From contig MCFH01000043.1 in the NCBI GenBank assembly GCA_002104945.1, positions 186,001 to 250,000 of the forward strand: a stretch of 64,000 nucleotides of DNA, in the 5' to 3' direction. The notes beneath the pieces were generated by a model, which was not told the DNA's origin, did no database searches, and saw only the letters and a program-made list of their open reading frames with translations. The position numbers were made by a program, and so were the translations under genes. Shown here piece by piece: positions 23,607-37,156 of this stretch (positions are counted from its first letter, which is position 1; each line of letters opens with the position of its first letter). Origin of the DNA: Piromyces finnis finn (lineage: Eukaryota > Fungi > Neocallimastigomycota).

Positions 23607-25995
23607 ATGTCAGTCCTTTATATTAAAGATAAGAATTATATCAGACGTGGTACTCGGTCTTATGGTATCCCCTTAGATGATATTCGCTCCTTCTTTATCC
23701 GTGGTATTCGATCATGGTCAGTAAATATGCTATGGGAAAAACTCGAGGTTATTCTAGAAGATAAATTTAATTCAGTTATTAGTGTTAAATATTTTCAAAC
23801 TTTCAATGATCACTTTTTCTTAGTCAAGGTTCATGGTTCATCAAAAGATTGTATTAAAATCTTACACATGTTAAAGAAGAAACTTTCAGTTACCTCAATT
23901 TCCTTTTCAGCTCGTAGTAGAAGGAATCACAAATACACTTTTTCCACTCTCAAACGTAAAATTTTAGTTTCTAATAAACATCAACATTCTATTCAACAAT
24001 CTCATCAACAATCCGATCTTCAACAAGATCTTCAACAAGATCTTCAACAAGTTTCCCATCATGAAAATATTCCATATCTACAGCAAACACAATTTCAATC
24101 TCAACATTCAACAATTAATTCTAATAGTTCTATCAACTCTGATAACAGTTCAATAGTTGATAGTTCTTCAGTTTCACAGCCATCTAGTAATAGTTCTACT
24201 TATTCCTCTGATGCATCATCCATTAATAACGATGACTTTAATAATAATAATAATAGCAACGATTCTTCCTCATCCTCATCCAACAAGCCTGATAACTTTT
24301 CTTTTTGTCTTAGTTGGAACACCAATGGGATGGGTGGAATCACGAAAAGAGAGATAGTATTAGCTATTTCACAGCTATTTTCAAACCATTATTTTTATGT
24401 TTCCAAGAAACTGGTAATGGTTCTGGATCGAATACAGATTATCTTTGTCGTGTTACTTTGCGAAACTATAGACACTTTTTCAAGAAAGCTGACGAATCAG
24501 TTCCGGGAATGAGAGGTTTATATTTAGGTTTTCACAATTCGTGTCAAGCCTCACTTGAAAACTTCTCTGGAAAGTATATTATTTCTATTTATACTTTTAG
24601 TCTCTGGAATAGATTCAAATGCTCGATTGGAAATGTTTATATGCCTCATAGTCATCACAACATCTATGTTGATCATGCAAAGTTAGAAGTTCGCTTGTGG
24701 TTACAAACTCATTCATCCCATCCATCGATTCTTGTTGGTGATTTTAATATGTCTAAAGTTAAATTATCCAACTGGTTATCAACTAATGGATTAGGAGATT
24801 GGGAAATTCTTCCGCTTAGAGGGTCTACTATCTCTTGGACTCGAGGTGATCAATCTTCCGACATTGACCATGCTCTTATCAATTCGAAGATGAAAGATCT
24901 TATTCACTCAGGATCATTTATAAATAATTTTTATCCTGTATCAGACCATAAGCCACTTCTTATTAATGGTAAAATTATTCCTATGGAAGATTTTTCTAAT
25001 GACTTTAATGTTCCTAAGAAAATTCTGAAATGGAATAGATTAAAATGTATTGAGGAAAAGGAATCTATTCTTAGTCATAATAAATTCCAAATACTTTCAG
25101 CAAAATTCAACGATCCTAATGTTTCTACAGATGAACTTTCCAAAGAGTTTACTTCAACTGCTTTTTCAATTGCAGACGAGCTCAGTATTACCTCAGCAAA
25201 TAATGCTATAAAGTCTTCATTTCATATTTCACAACAAATTTTTAATCTCCAAAAAATCAAAATGAAGTTGTATAAGAGATTTAAAAAAGAAAGAATTTAT
25301 GATATAGATGAATTTATTAAAAGAATTAAAATCTACCGTAAGCTCATTGATTACATCCACAAAAGATGTAATGAATTTAGGAAACAAGAATATCTTCATT
25401 GGATTAAAACAGGATGTGAGTATATGAAGAGTCATAATCCTAAGAAGGCCTGGAAATGGATCAAGAAAACTGCAAAAATTGGAAAAGATTCTTTCTTTAT
25501 TGCTCAACCAATTAAAAATAAAAATGGAGAATTAGTTGTTGCTACAGAAGAACAACTAGAAGTGTGGCATGATCATTTCGAAAACCTTGCATCAGATCCA
25601 AGTGGTGTAAGTCTTGATTTGGAGCATTGGTATGAAGAACCAATGAATAAACGTTTTTCACTTCCTATGCTTGATGAGTGGGATATCAACCAAGATATTA
25701 GTATTGATGAAGTCAAGTCAGCTATCCTCTCTACTCCAAATTATAAAGCATCAGGTCCGGATGGTATTCCAATTGAATTTTACAAAGCATTAATTCCATC
25801 AAGTAATGATTCTAATAATGCTACAGATAATAATTCTTCCGGTAATACTACTTTAGATAATGATGCTCATGGTTTAAATTTTATTCTTAAATTATTCAAC
25901 CGTATTTGGGATGGAGACTTCCCAACTCATGGAATGAATCCAGTATTGTTTCTATTCCTAAGAAGGGAGATTTGACAGATTGTGATAACTATCGA
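23607..25995 (+). pseudogene. Frameshifted single-ORF retrotransposon polyprotein (RRM-like, APE, partial RT)
   Basis: Joining ORFs 23607-24329, 24335-25921 and 25921-25995 at the two frameshifts gives one continuous polyprotein collinear with copy 2. Confidence 0.85.
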
Positions 25996-26345
25996 TGGGA
26001 GAAATGCACTCGGAAGTTAAAAAAAAAAAAAAAAAATGGAAAGAACTTTGTAAGCGTCAGATTCAATCTGGTACTAATGAAGGAACACCATTCTTGACGG
26101 TAACCGCGGAACTTCTAACCAAAATCATGCCTTTTGCTATTGGCCAGCAATGATCAATGTTCAAAAGGTTTGAAGCAACATCCAAGAGCGTCAATGCTGA
26201 AGAAACAGTAAGACAGGCCAGGAGGGCCAGCGCAACCAATGGAGATCATAATTTTGTTCCATAACAAAATTTTGATCTTTGGCTCGGTGTCCCATTGGAA
26301 GTCAAATACAATTATTATACTTTAGTATGATAGTGGCTTTCTTAC
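23607..26345 (+). mobile_element. Decayed non-LTR (LINE-like) retrotransposon, copy 1: N-terminal domain, Q/S/N linker, APE endonuclease, start of RT, then an internal deletion
   Basis: APE motifs SWNTNG|WN, LCFQETG, ILVGDFN, SDIDHAL and SDHKP. Pre-RT/RT motifs KASGPDGIPIEFYK and W..SSIVSIPKKGDLTDCDNYR. Frameshifts at 24325-24334 (atggg duplicated) and about 25921 (1-bp loss). RT homology stops at 25995. The element's true ends are uncertain. Confidence 0.92.
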
Positions 26346-26501
26346 TTTAATTAAAATTACTAGAATACATTATACCCAATTTTTATTCATTTGTGTTTAT
26401 TTAAACATATTTTTTTTTATTTTTATTTTAATTTTAATTTTTTTATTACATGTATTATAATTTTAATTAAATTAATAATAAAGTTTAAAATATTTGATGC
26501 C

Positions 26502-26544
<43 letters not shown>

Positions 26545-27440
26545 TTAGTGTTTAAGTAATAGAAAATATAGTGTGTGTTTATTTATTTTGTCGTGATAAG
26601 ATTGTTTTTATTATTTCCTTTTTTTTTTTTTTTCATTTATTTTTTCAAATAGGAAAGCGGATAAGATATTTAAATATTAATAAACCTTTTATTTTTTTTG
26701 TAAATTATTCAACAAAGTGTCTAAATGAATATATAATCTATCCACAAAAAAACTAGTAAAGTAAAAAAAAAAAAAAAACTTTTTTACGAAATCAGATTTT
26801 TTTTTTTCTAAAAATAAAGATATTAACTTTAATAATAATTATGATATTTAACTAATTATTATTATCAGAAATATTTTTATTGTAGAAATAATTTTTAATT
26901 TTTTATTTTTTTTATAAAAAGGATATTAGCAAATTTTATTTGATAATACTATTTATTTCATTAATTAAATACATTTTTTTTATAAATATATTTATCTATT
27001 TTTTTTTTTTTTTAATTATCATTGTTCTTATAAAATGTATATATTATGTAATTTTAATTTCTAAAATGTATTTATATTTACAATTACATATATATAATTA
27101 ATTATTTATCATGTTTATTATTACTATTATTACAATTATTATCAAATTAAATAAATTTAAAAAAAAAAAAAAAATAATAAATATTTGGAAATGAAAATAA
27201 GTATAAATCACTATAATTCAATTATTATCGCTATTTAAAAGAATAACAATAATAATTGAATATTTTAATATATATTAAAATATAATTTTAAAGCATTATT
27301 TTCTTTCTATTTCCTATCCCTATTTTAAAATATTCTATTATTTATTAAAATTATATAAAAGTATTTAATAATACTAACGAAGATTTAAATATAACATAAA
27401 TCAAAAACATTTAAATAAATAATATTCATTCTATTGGTTT

Positions 27441-28728
27441 TCATTGCTTTAAGCAAACAAGTGGGGCCATACCTTCTCTATTTGTAGTTACGTTATAAAT
27501 TTTACCCCAACCATCTTGAAATTCTTCAATAATTTTAACCTCATCATTTAATCTTATTTCAACTTCATCATCTAATTTTGGTATGTATGGATAAGTGCAT
27601 ACATATGTTTTTTCATTTTGATTTGTACTAGCTACATTTATATTACTAGATTGATTCATTGAATCACGTCTTAAATCATAATTTACTTGATCTTCGTTAT
27701 TGTTATTATCATTTCCAGTACTGTATTGATGTTCATTATTATCTCCAGTATTGTATTGATATTCATTATTGCTGTTATTTACAGTACCATATTGATATTC
27801 ATTATTGCTATTATTTACAGTACCATATTGATATTCATTATAATTAACATATTCGTAATTTGTAGGTGTAACTGAATTGAATTTAAGAGTACCGTTTGGA
27901 TTATATGGAAGAGTATTGGTATTTGGAGATGAAGGTGCATTTCCATAGAATGGCATTGATTCTGGTCTAGTATTCTTTTTTTTGTTATAAACAAAGAATC
28001 CAATAATTCCAACAACAAAAACTAATCCAATAACAGACCATGTAATTATTCTAGATGTACTTTTAGGATTATCATCCTTATTATCGCTACCTATTAATAT
28101 TTCGTAATATTTATATTAGAAAATTAATAATGCTATTTTTCTTTTTCTTTTTTTTTATTTTATTTTCAATACAATTACCTTTATCATTAGACTCTACATC
28201 TTTATTATTTTTTTTAGCATTTGGTGTTGTAGAAGATGAGGAAGAAGAAGAAGATGAAGAATTTGGGTTCATTGTTGAGCTTCCACTTTGTGTAGATATA
28301 TTACTATTCATATTAGAATTAGCTATATTTTGATTTTCTTGGTTATTTGTATTATTTATATCTGTTTTAGTTGTTTTCGTATCCACTATTTGTTTTGTAG
28401 CATCATTATTTATTTTCTTACAATTTGCATCAATTATTCCATCGCCTGGTGGAGTACTTAATTTTACAGCACCATAGTGACATTTTATGCAATCCTTATA
28501 TCTGTTTATGTTTTCATTATTACAATAACATTTTACAGTTTCGATTTCTTCAGGATAATTATCAGCAGAAGGAGGATAAATAGGGAATTTACCTGTTCCT
28601 CCAAATTCTGCATGACATTCTAATATTACATTACAATTTCCACATAAAAATGTATTAAGCTCACTATATGCAAATTGTATGAAACAGGATACAAATAAAC
28701 TTATTATAATATTTAATTTTGAATTCAT
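27441..28728 (-). CDS. Type I membrane protein A: signal peptide, 8-Cys ectodomain, S/N stalk, TM, Tyr-rich tail, C-terminal SH3 (399 aa; exons 28728-28179 and 28090-27441)
   Basis: GT-AG phase-1 intron at 28178-28091 gives a continuous frame ...SNDKG/SDNKDD...IITWSVIGLVFVVGIIGFFVYNKKKNTRPESMPFYGN. SH3-like end: YVCTYPYIPKLDDEVEI...DGWGKIYNVTTNREGMAPLVCL. Confidence 0.88.
27715..27845 (-). repeat. 36-bp/33-bp coding repeat NEYQY(GTVNNSN) in the cytoplasmic tail of protein A
   Basis: NEYQYGTVNNSN x2, then NEYQYNTGDN and NEHQYSTGN. Confidence 0.8.
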
Positions 28729-31384
28729 TGTTTTTTTTTATTTTCTTAATATATCAAGATTGCTATTTATTTGTAAAAATTATACTATTATTAAGGTTAA
28801 ATAATTTATTTGATTATAAAAACATGAATAAATTGATAAAATTGGTTAGATATAAAATTAAATATCTTTGATTATATATTTTTGTAAAAATATATATATA
28901 TATATATATATATAGATTATTAAAGATTTGATCTTACAATTATTATTTTGATATTTAAATATTTAATTATTTATATAATAATATTGAATTATTTTTTATT
29001 ATTTTAAATTTTAAATCAATTCTCGTTTTTAATTTATATTATATACGAATCTTTTTTTTTAAAAAAAAATCAATTTAACTGAACTTCATTTATTATTATT
29101 ATTATTATTTTTTTTTTTTTAATGAAAAAGTAGTAATAATAATAATAAATTTTATTGAGGTTTTAAAAAAAGAGAATAGTATTTTTCAAACTTAGATAAA
29201 GAGAGATACCATATAATAATGATTATAATTTAAGAAAAAAAAAAGAATATTAAAGTTGTACACATTTACAATAAAATTTTTAATTGTTTTATATTTTCTA
29301 TGGATTAGTAAAAAAAAATTTTTTTCCAATGTTTTACACAAAGAAAAAACTAATTATTAAAGTTCTAATTTTAATAAATTAATTTATATAAAAGGGTATT
29401 AAAAAATAATATAATAAATAAAGTTTATTAGTAAAAATGTATTGTTTTATTATAAATATAAAACATAATATATAAATAATATACTTTAGGTATATTATAT
29501 AATATATTTTGTTTAAACAAAAAAAAAAATTGTAACAAACACATTTCATTGGTTAAGATAAAAAATAGTAACATTAATATTTAACATTTATATATGAACT
29601 ATTTCATTATAATAAATATATTATTTATTTTGTAATAAATATTTATATATAATTATATAATTATTCTATTGATATACATTATAAATAAAATGATTATATA
29701 TTAAAACAAATTATTGGCTATAAAATTATGAATTCATTCATATGTAAAAATATATATTAACTTTTATGTAGTACAAGCTAATAAAAGGTAGTTGAAATTA
29801 AATAGAAATAATAAAACAGAAATGTTAAGTAGAAAAGACAAAATTATTGTAGAAAAGAGGTTTACTTTATAAATTGAAAAATATTCATTATTTATAATAT
29901 TATCCTTTATACTAGTAAAAAGGATAGTATTTTTATATTTTTTATAATAGTAAATATCATCTTCAATTTTATATAATAAAGAATGATAAATTGATAGGAA
30001 ACAGTAGAATGAAATTATAAAAATTTATTAAAGATTTATAATAATAAATAATGATAAAAAATAAAGTTTAACAATTAAACCTTAATTATTAATATTTTAA
30101 TAAACAATCTTAAGTTTATTTTTATTTATAAAATTTAAAATTGTTATTATTTTCATCATAATCTGTTGAAAAGAAGGCTATTTTCAAAATATATATTTTT
30201 TAAAAAAAAAATATAAAAAAAAAATAAAATTATATATTCTACTTTTTATTCCTCATTATTAATTCAAAAAATATTTATTCAAGATGTATCCTTTTTTTTT
30301 TTTCCACATATAAAAAATTAAAAATTATTAATATTCTTTTAATAATTTTATTAATAAAAAATTTACGCCGCAATAATTAAAAAAGAAAGAAAAGTTAAAA
30401 ATTTCATATAATAAATAAAAGTAAATAGGTTTACCTATAATTCAGTAAAAAGGAAAGGAGTAAATGAAGTTCAAGTATCTAAATGTAAATTATCATTTCA
30501 ATAATATAATTTTTTTTTAAATATTGATAAAAAATAACTTAAAAATGATAAAATTTTTCATTATGAAAAAGAAATGTTAATTTATTAGTTTTTTTTTTTT
30601 TTTATACTGTAGTTAATATATAAAATTTGATAAAGTTAATCTTATAAAAAAACCTTTATATAATCCAAATTTATTTTTTCTTTTATTGTAATAATTATTT
30701 AATCATCCATAAAAAGGTGGTATTGTGCGGCCATTTTCCTTTTAATTTATATTTTAAAAGTTTAGAATAAAATTTGATGGAGTCAATGTTGAATTGGGAA
30801 ATTAATAAAGTAATCTCCAATTTAATATATTAATATTAAATGAAAATTTTATTTTCAGAAAACAATGCATTAATATTGAAATTATAATGTAGCTTTTTTT
30901 TTTTTTTTTTTTTTAAATATTAATGAATAAAATAATCTTAATTGTCTTATAGGATTAACCATTAGGTCGTCAAATTTTTGATAAATTAAAGAATTACGGC
31001 AACCAATTTATTATAACAATTGTATAATAAAAAACCCTTTTATAAAATTTTTTTTATAATATGAATTTTTATTCATTCAAAAATGTCATTAATTTAAAAA
31101 TTGTTCTATAATTTTTTTTATACTATAAATTAAATTCATGTATACAATTAATTTATAATTACACATCTATTTACAGTAATTATATCTATTTAAAATATAT
31201 TCCTATATAAATAATAATAAAAAAACATTAATTACAATATATATATGAAAACATGCGTAGGCCATTTGTATAGGACTATTATAAAATAATAGAATTTAGA
31301 TATCTTTATATTTATATAAAAAAGGTTTCATTCTATTTAACTATTAAAATGTTAAAAAAGTCCGTATTTTTTTCTTCCTATTTA

Positions 31385-32446
31385 TTAATACATTGGCAAA
31401 CTTTCTCTTCTTTTATCTTTAATGTAATTCCTAAACTTAATACCTCCATATACGGTTAGAATACCACCAACAATAGAACAAATTATAATTAAATTAGTAG
31501 GATTGAAACTTTTAGTTTCAGGTAATGCTACTGGTGAAATATTATTTACATTTTTTATATCTGTAGTGCTATTGTTATTATTATAAATAAGATTTGGTTC
31601 AGTTTTATCAAATGCTTTACATTGTGTTTGAATTACTTGATCAGTAATATTAAGTTCTGAATTATTAGATAGCGTTAATAAACATTTTGTACATACTGAA
31701 TAAAATCCAATATGATTTTGTTCAGATTTGCATAAACATTCACCAAAGTTATTTTGTGGTGGAGGATAAATATTTTCTAAGGTATAATCGTTCAGATTAG
31801 ATAAAGTACTAAAATACTGGCATTTACTATATATAGTAGAGCATTGTTGAGCACATATATTAGTTATCGAAGGATTTATAATAGGATTTACTGTTGGATT
31901 TGTAATAATAGTAGATGTTACACTTGGTATAATAACAGGTACTATAACAGATGTTGTGGTTGGAGTTTGTGCTATTATTGGTGGAGGAGGGGCTTTTTGT
32001 TGAATTACTGGTGTTGATGCTACTATTATTGGGTTAGTAGTAGTTTTGGTAATTTTTGGTTTAACAGTAGTAACAATAGGAGGTTTAACTTGAGTAACTG
32101 ATGATTTAGGTTTTGATACAGACTTTGGTTGTTGAGGTTGAGGTTGAGGTTGAGGTTTTGATTGGGATTGGGATTGTGGTTTTGATTGAACATTATTATT
32201 TTGCTTATATGTAGTTCCATCAGGTTTTGTAATAACTGTATTTGATTTATTAACTTCAGAAACAGTTTTGCCATTTACTTGTGAAGAAGAATGTTCATTT
32301 GAAGTGTATGAAGTAGTTCCGTCTGATGATGTATGTGATGACCATGAAGATGATGATTCCCAACTCGAACGAGGCCTACAGTTTACTTTATAAATTTTAA
32401 TGGTTAAAATAAAAGTAATTACAAAAATTATGTGTGTAAATTTCAT
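31385..32446 (-). CDS. Type I membrane protein C: signal peptide, S/T/P/Q mucin-like region, 8-Cys domain, TM, 17-aa tail (353 aa, intronless)
   Basis: Hydrophobic N-terminus MKFTHIIFVITFILTIKIY; PQPQPQ and PVIT-rich stalk; CAQQC..C..IYPPP..ECLC..VCTKC..C; TM LIIICSIVGGILTVYGGI; tail ends KRRESLPMY. Confidence 0.88.
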   Translation of the reverse strand: MKFTHIIFVITFILTIKIYKVNCRPRSSWESSSSWSSHTSSDGTTSYTSNEHSSSQVNGKTVSEVNKSNTVITKPDGTTYKQNNNVQSKPQSQSQSKPQPQPQPQQPKSVSKPKSSVTQVKPPIVTTVKPKITKTTTNPIIVASTPVIQQKAPPPPIIAQTPTTTSVIVPVIIPSVTSTIITNPTVNPIINPSITNICAQQCSTIYSKCQYFSTLSNLNDYTLENIYPPPQNNFGECLCKSEQNHIGFYSVCTKCLLTLSNNSELNITDQVIQTQCKAFDKTEPNLIYNNNNSTTDIKNVNNISPVALPETKSFNPTNLIIICSIVGGILTVYGGIKFRNYIKDKRRESLPMY

Positions 32447-33566
32447 TTCCAGATTTTTAAAAATGAGACTTTGATTTTTTTTTTTTTATTACATATATAT
32501 GTTATGATCAATTATTTAATTGTAAATAATTGTTACTAATATATATATATTAAATAGCTAAAATAATATATACTTGTATATTATTTATTTAATTTTATTT
32601 TTATTTGCTGATAAATTTGGATTAAGCACTTTAAATATAAGTAAATAAAAACTTTTTACAATTTGTTAATTTGTTATGCCATAAGAAAAGAAAAACCTTT
32701 AATTATTTTTTAAAAATTTATTGCTTCTTAAAATCAATCAATATTATCTATGAATGTATATATATATATATATTTTTTTTTTTTTTCAAATTATATTTTA
32801 AAATTTAACTATATATATATTTATAAAATAAAAAATATAACTTAAATTATAATAATATTTTTTAGAAAAAAAAAGTAAAGGAAATTTTTTTTCTTTTTAT
32901 AAAATCTTGTATATTATTATTTGAATTATTAATGATAAAATTTAATATAAAATAAAGTTTACTTTTAATATAAATTAATATTTTTTTATTTCTAAATGAA
33001 TTTTAATATTTAATTTTATTAAAAAATAATAGAAAAAATATTAAAAAATATAAAGTTAATTATTAATGGTACATGCCGTTTGTGTAACTTGTCAAATAAA
33101 ATAAAATGGAAAATCATCTTTAAATACTCTAAATATTTCAATTTAAGTTTTTAATATAATAATATATTTAATATATATTAATAATATATATTATAATAAA
33201 ATCATTAGAATTAAAAAAAAAAGATAAAAATTTTTTTAAAAAATATACAATTTTGTTTTTTTTTTATATTATTACTAATTATAATACCATTTTCTTAAAG
33301 TTAAATTTAATGTTTGTTATATATAACTTTATTATTTATTATTCTATATTGTTTTAATGTGTTGTACAATTTTAAAAAACTTACCATTTTAACCAATAAT
33401 GAAGTAGTTTCATACATTATCATACATTATGCTATTATTATCTGTTTTAAATTCCTTTAGAATGTAAGTATTACAATTTTTTTTTAATAAATTGTTAATT
33501 TACCTGAATAAAATAACTAAAAAAAAAAAAAGGATAATTAAAACTCCTATTATTAAGACCTAATAA

Positions 33567-33729
<163 letters not shown>

Positions 33730-34098
33730 TATAATCTATGATATTATAGATTATTTTAAAAAAGTTTATATTTTTTCATATTTATAATAATTATAAACAT
33801 CAACTGTTAATTTTATTTTTTCAATAACTATTCATAATAAAAATAACACATTATATCAACTATTGATAAATATATTCTTTTTTATATATATTTGTTGGAG
33901 TTTTTATTAATATATGATGAAAATAAATAATCTGTATGAGTTAAAATAGAATTATGTTGCATTTTTTTTTTTTTTAAAAATTACATAAACTAATTTTATA
34001 ATTTATGAAGTTATGAATATTTTTCATTTTTCATATTATCATTTTATTATTTTGTTTCTTAGAACAGTTTTTTTTAATTTTAAAGACAAATAATAAAG

Positions 34099-34129
<31 letters not shown>

Positions 34130-34391
34130 CTAATTAGAGTGAAAAATATCACATTTTAAAAATGTTATTTTAAAATCATTAAATTTATTCCATCTGAATC
34201 TGTCTACTTTTACTGTGGTAATTCTTTACTAAATCTAAATTCTGAATAATTAAAATTTTTATATTCAATTTGAATAAAAGTCAATATATAATATATATAT
34301 AAATCTAGGATAAATACTAAATATTTTATTTAATTATTATTTTTTATTAAATATGTAAATATATAAAAGCGATTTTTTTCTCATAATATTT

Positions 34392-34393
34392 AA

Positions 34394-34452
<59 letters not shown>
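34392..34452. repeat. (AAAT)n microsatellite, about 15 units
   Basis: Direct read of the sequence. Confidence 0.9.
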
Positions 34453-34454
<2 letters not shown>

Positions 34455-36849
34455 AATTATTAATTATTAGTAATTATTAAATATTATATATAATATATAT
34501 AAAGTAATTCATTATTTATTAGAATTATTTTTTTTTAATTTAAAAAAAACTAATTTGCTACTTCAAAAAAAGGAAGAAAGCTAATTATTATCTTTATATT
34601 TTATAACTAAGTAGCTCCATATTTATAAAATATATATAGTTACATAAAAAAAATATAATGGAATTTAATATTAAAATATATATTTCTAAATATAATAGTC
34701 AATTGAAATAACAGACATATGATCTATTTCAAATTTAAAGAGTTACAAAATGACAGTTAATACAATGACTTAATATATAATGTACATTATTGAAAAATCA
34801 GCCATCAACTATATTAAAAGAATTTTATAGTTTAATATATAATAATGCATAAAAATTATTATACAATATTTAATAAGCCATAATATACATATTTAATTAT
34901 TAATATTTTATAATTTTTCTAAATATGGAAATTAGTTTATTTTTTTATTATATTTTTACACATAACCCATTAGTATATGGAGGTGTTTCAAAATTTAATT
35001 TATATTAAATAAAAAAGTACCAAAGTTTTTTATTAAAATTGGTAAAATAGTAATTTGATATATTACAATAAATTACAATATAAATGAGATTATAGTTTTA
35101 TATTTATGTAAAACAAAAATAAAACTGTTTAATATGAGGTCATTTTCTATTTAAGATATAAGTTATTGAAATTTGATATTTCAATATGAAAATAATTAAG
35201 GATTTTTTAAATAAAATAAAATTTCAATACACATGTAACTTTCTAAAATAAATTTATTATTATTTTGGTAGTAATTAGATAAACTATTAAAGATCAAAAA
35301 TAAAAAAAAAAGGATAAACTTTTACTTAATTAATATAATATCAAATGAAAATGAAATATGAAATTACCAATGTTAATTTAACCGTCAAATAATTCATAAA
35401 TTTCTAACTTTTTAATTTATATTATCCTATAACATTGCTGTATTATAGTAAACATATATTAAATTTAATTAAATGATTACACAAATTTAGATTATTACTT
35501 TTTTAAATAATATATAAATTAAAAAATATAATCTAAATTATACTATTTTAATAAATAATTAACAACTTTAATAAATATTATTTAGAAATTTTAATAATAT
35601 AGATATCTAAATTTAGTATTTTTTAATTTAATTATTGTATATTAAAAAATTAAATATATATAATAAAGTTATTAATATAATTTAAACAATAAACTTAATA
35701 TAAATTCAATATATTAATTATCAATTCCATTAAATGAAAATAATATATTATGTTTATTAATATTTTAATTATTAGCTAATATATAAAAATTAATTTCTAA
35801 TATATTAAAATTATATCAAAGTAGAGTTAGTTTAAAAAATTTGTCAACAAGAAACATGAACCTTATTGTAAAAAAAAAAAAGCATTTTCTCATTTGTTAT
35901 GTGATATTAGTAGTTTAATGATGATAATAAATATAAATACAAGAAATAAAAATAGAAAAGTAATAAAATAACCATTAATATTGTTATTCTTTTAGCACCA
36001 AATTAATTTTTAATAAAACATATTTATAGTCATCCTAATTTCCAATTTATATTATTTTAATTGTGTTATAATTATATTACAGTTTAAATTAATAATAATT
36101 TATAAAGTTTGTAGGATAATTAATATTAATATATTAAAATTTTTATTATTATTTTAGATTTGAAATCATCATTTATAAAATTTATTTTTTATTATTTATA
36201 TATTTTAAAAGTAATAATTTCAATAAAAAAAAAATTCTTTTATAAACTTTTTTTTTTTCTGTTTTCTTTTTAATTATAATTGTTATATAAAAATAATAAT
36301 AAATTTATTATTATTTTATTTTATTTTATTTTTTTTATTCAACTAAAAATAAAGAAGACCTTTTATTAAAACAGATTTATATAATTTTTAATTTTTTTTT
36401 CAAATTAAGCAAATAACAAACAAAAAAACAAATAAAAAAATTGTTTTGAAAAATAAAACAAAACAAAAAAAAAAAACAAAAAACAAAAAAAAAAAAAAAA
36501 ACAGAAAAATACAAAGACAAGAAAAATAATACAAAAATATATATAGAACAAAAAAATTATAGAATTCCTTAATAAATTTTTAATCAAAGTAAATATATAT
36601 ATTAAATTCTTATTTATATTAAGAAAAAATAATAAAAAAAAAAAAAAAGAAAGAGAAAATTGATAATTACAAATAAATTATTTAAAATAATAAAAAATAT
36701 TTAAAAAAATGTATAGGCAATAATATAAATAATATAAGTATTAAAATAATAGATAAATATAAAAAAGATTAAATGAATAGATATATATTAATTAACATTT
36801 AAATGCAATTTATTGTAATGAAAGTCTATTTTTTTTTCAGTTGAAAGAT

Positions 36850-37039
36850 GTATAAATTTTATTAGATTAAAATAAACAATACAATTTTATAATTAAAAAG
36901 TAGAGATGAAAATATAAAAATAGATATTACATAAATATATAGTATAAACTTTATTAGATTAAAATAAACAATACAATTTAATAATTAAAAAATAGAGATG
37001 AAAATATAAAAATAAAAATAGACATTACATAAATATATA
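36850..37039. repeat. About 92-bp tandem duplication immediately upstream of gene B
   Basis: gtataaa..ttattagattaaaataaacaatacaattt..tagagatgaaaatataaaaata..ttacataaatatata occurs at 36850 and 36942. Confidence 0.85.
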
Positions 37040-37156
37040 AAGTTTGAATTATTATTTCTATAAATATATAAATACATTAATATCTTGAAAAACTTTTTAT
37101 TAAAAAGAAAAAAATTTTAAAACTTTTTATATATATATATATTTTTTTTTGAATAG

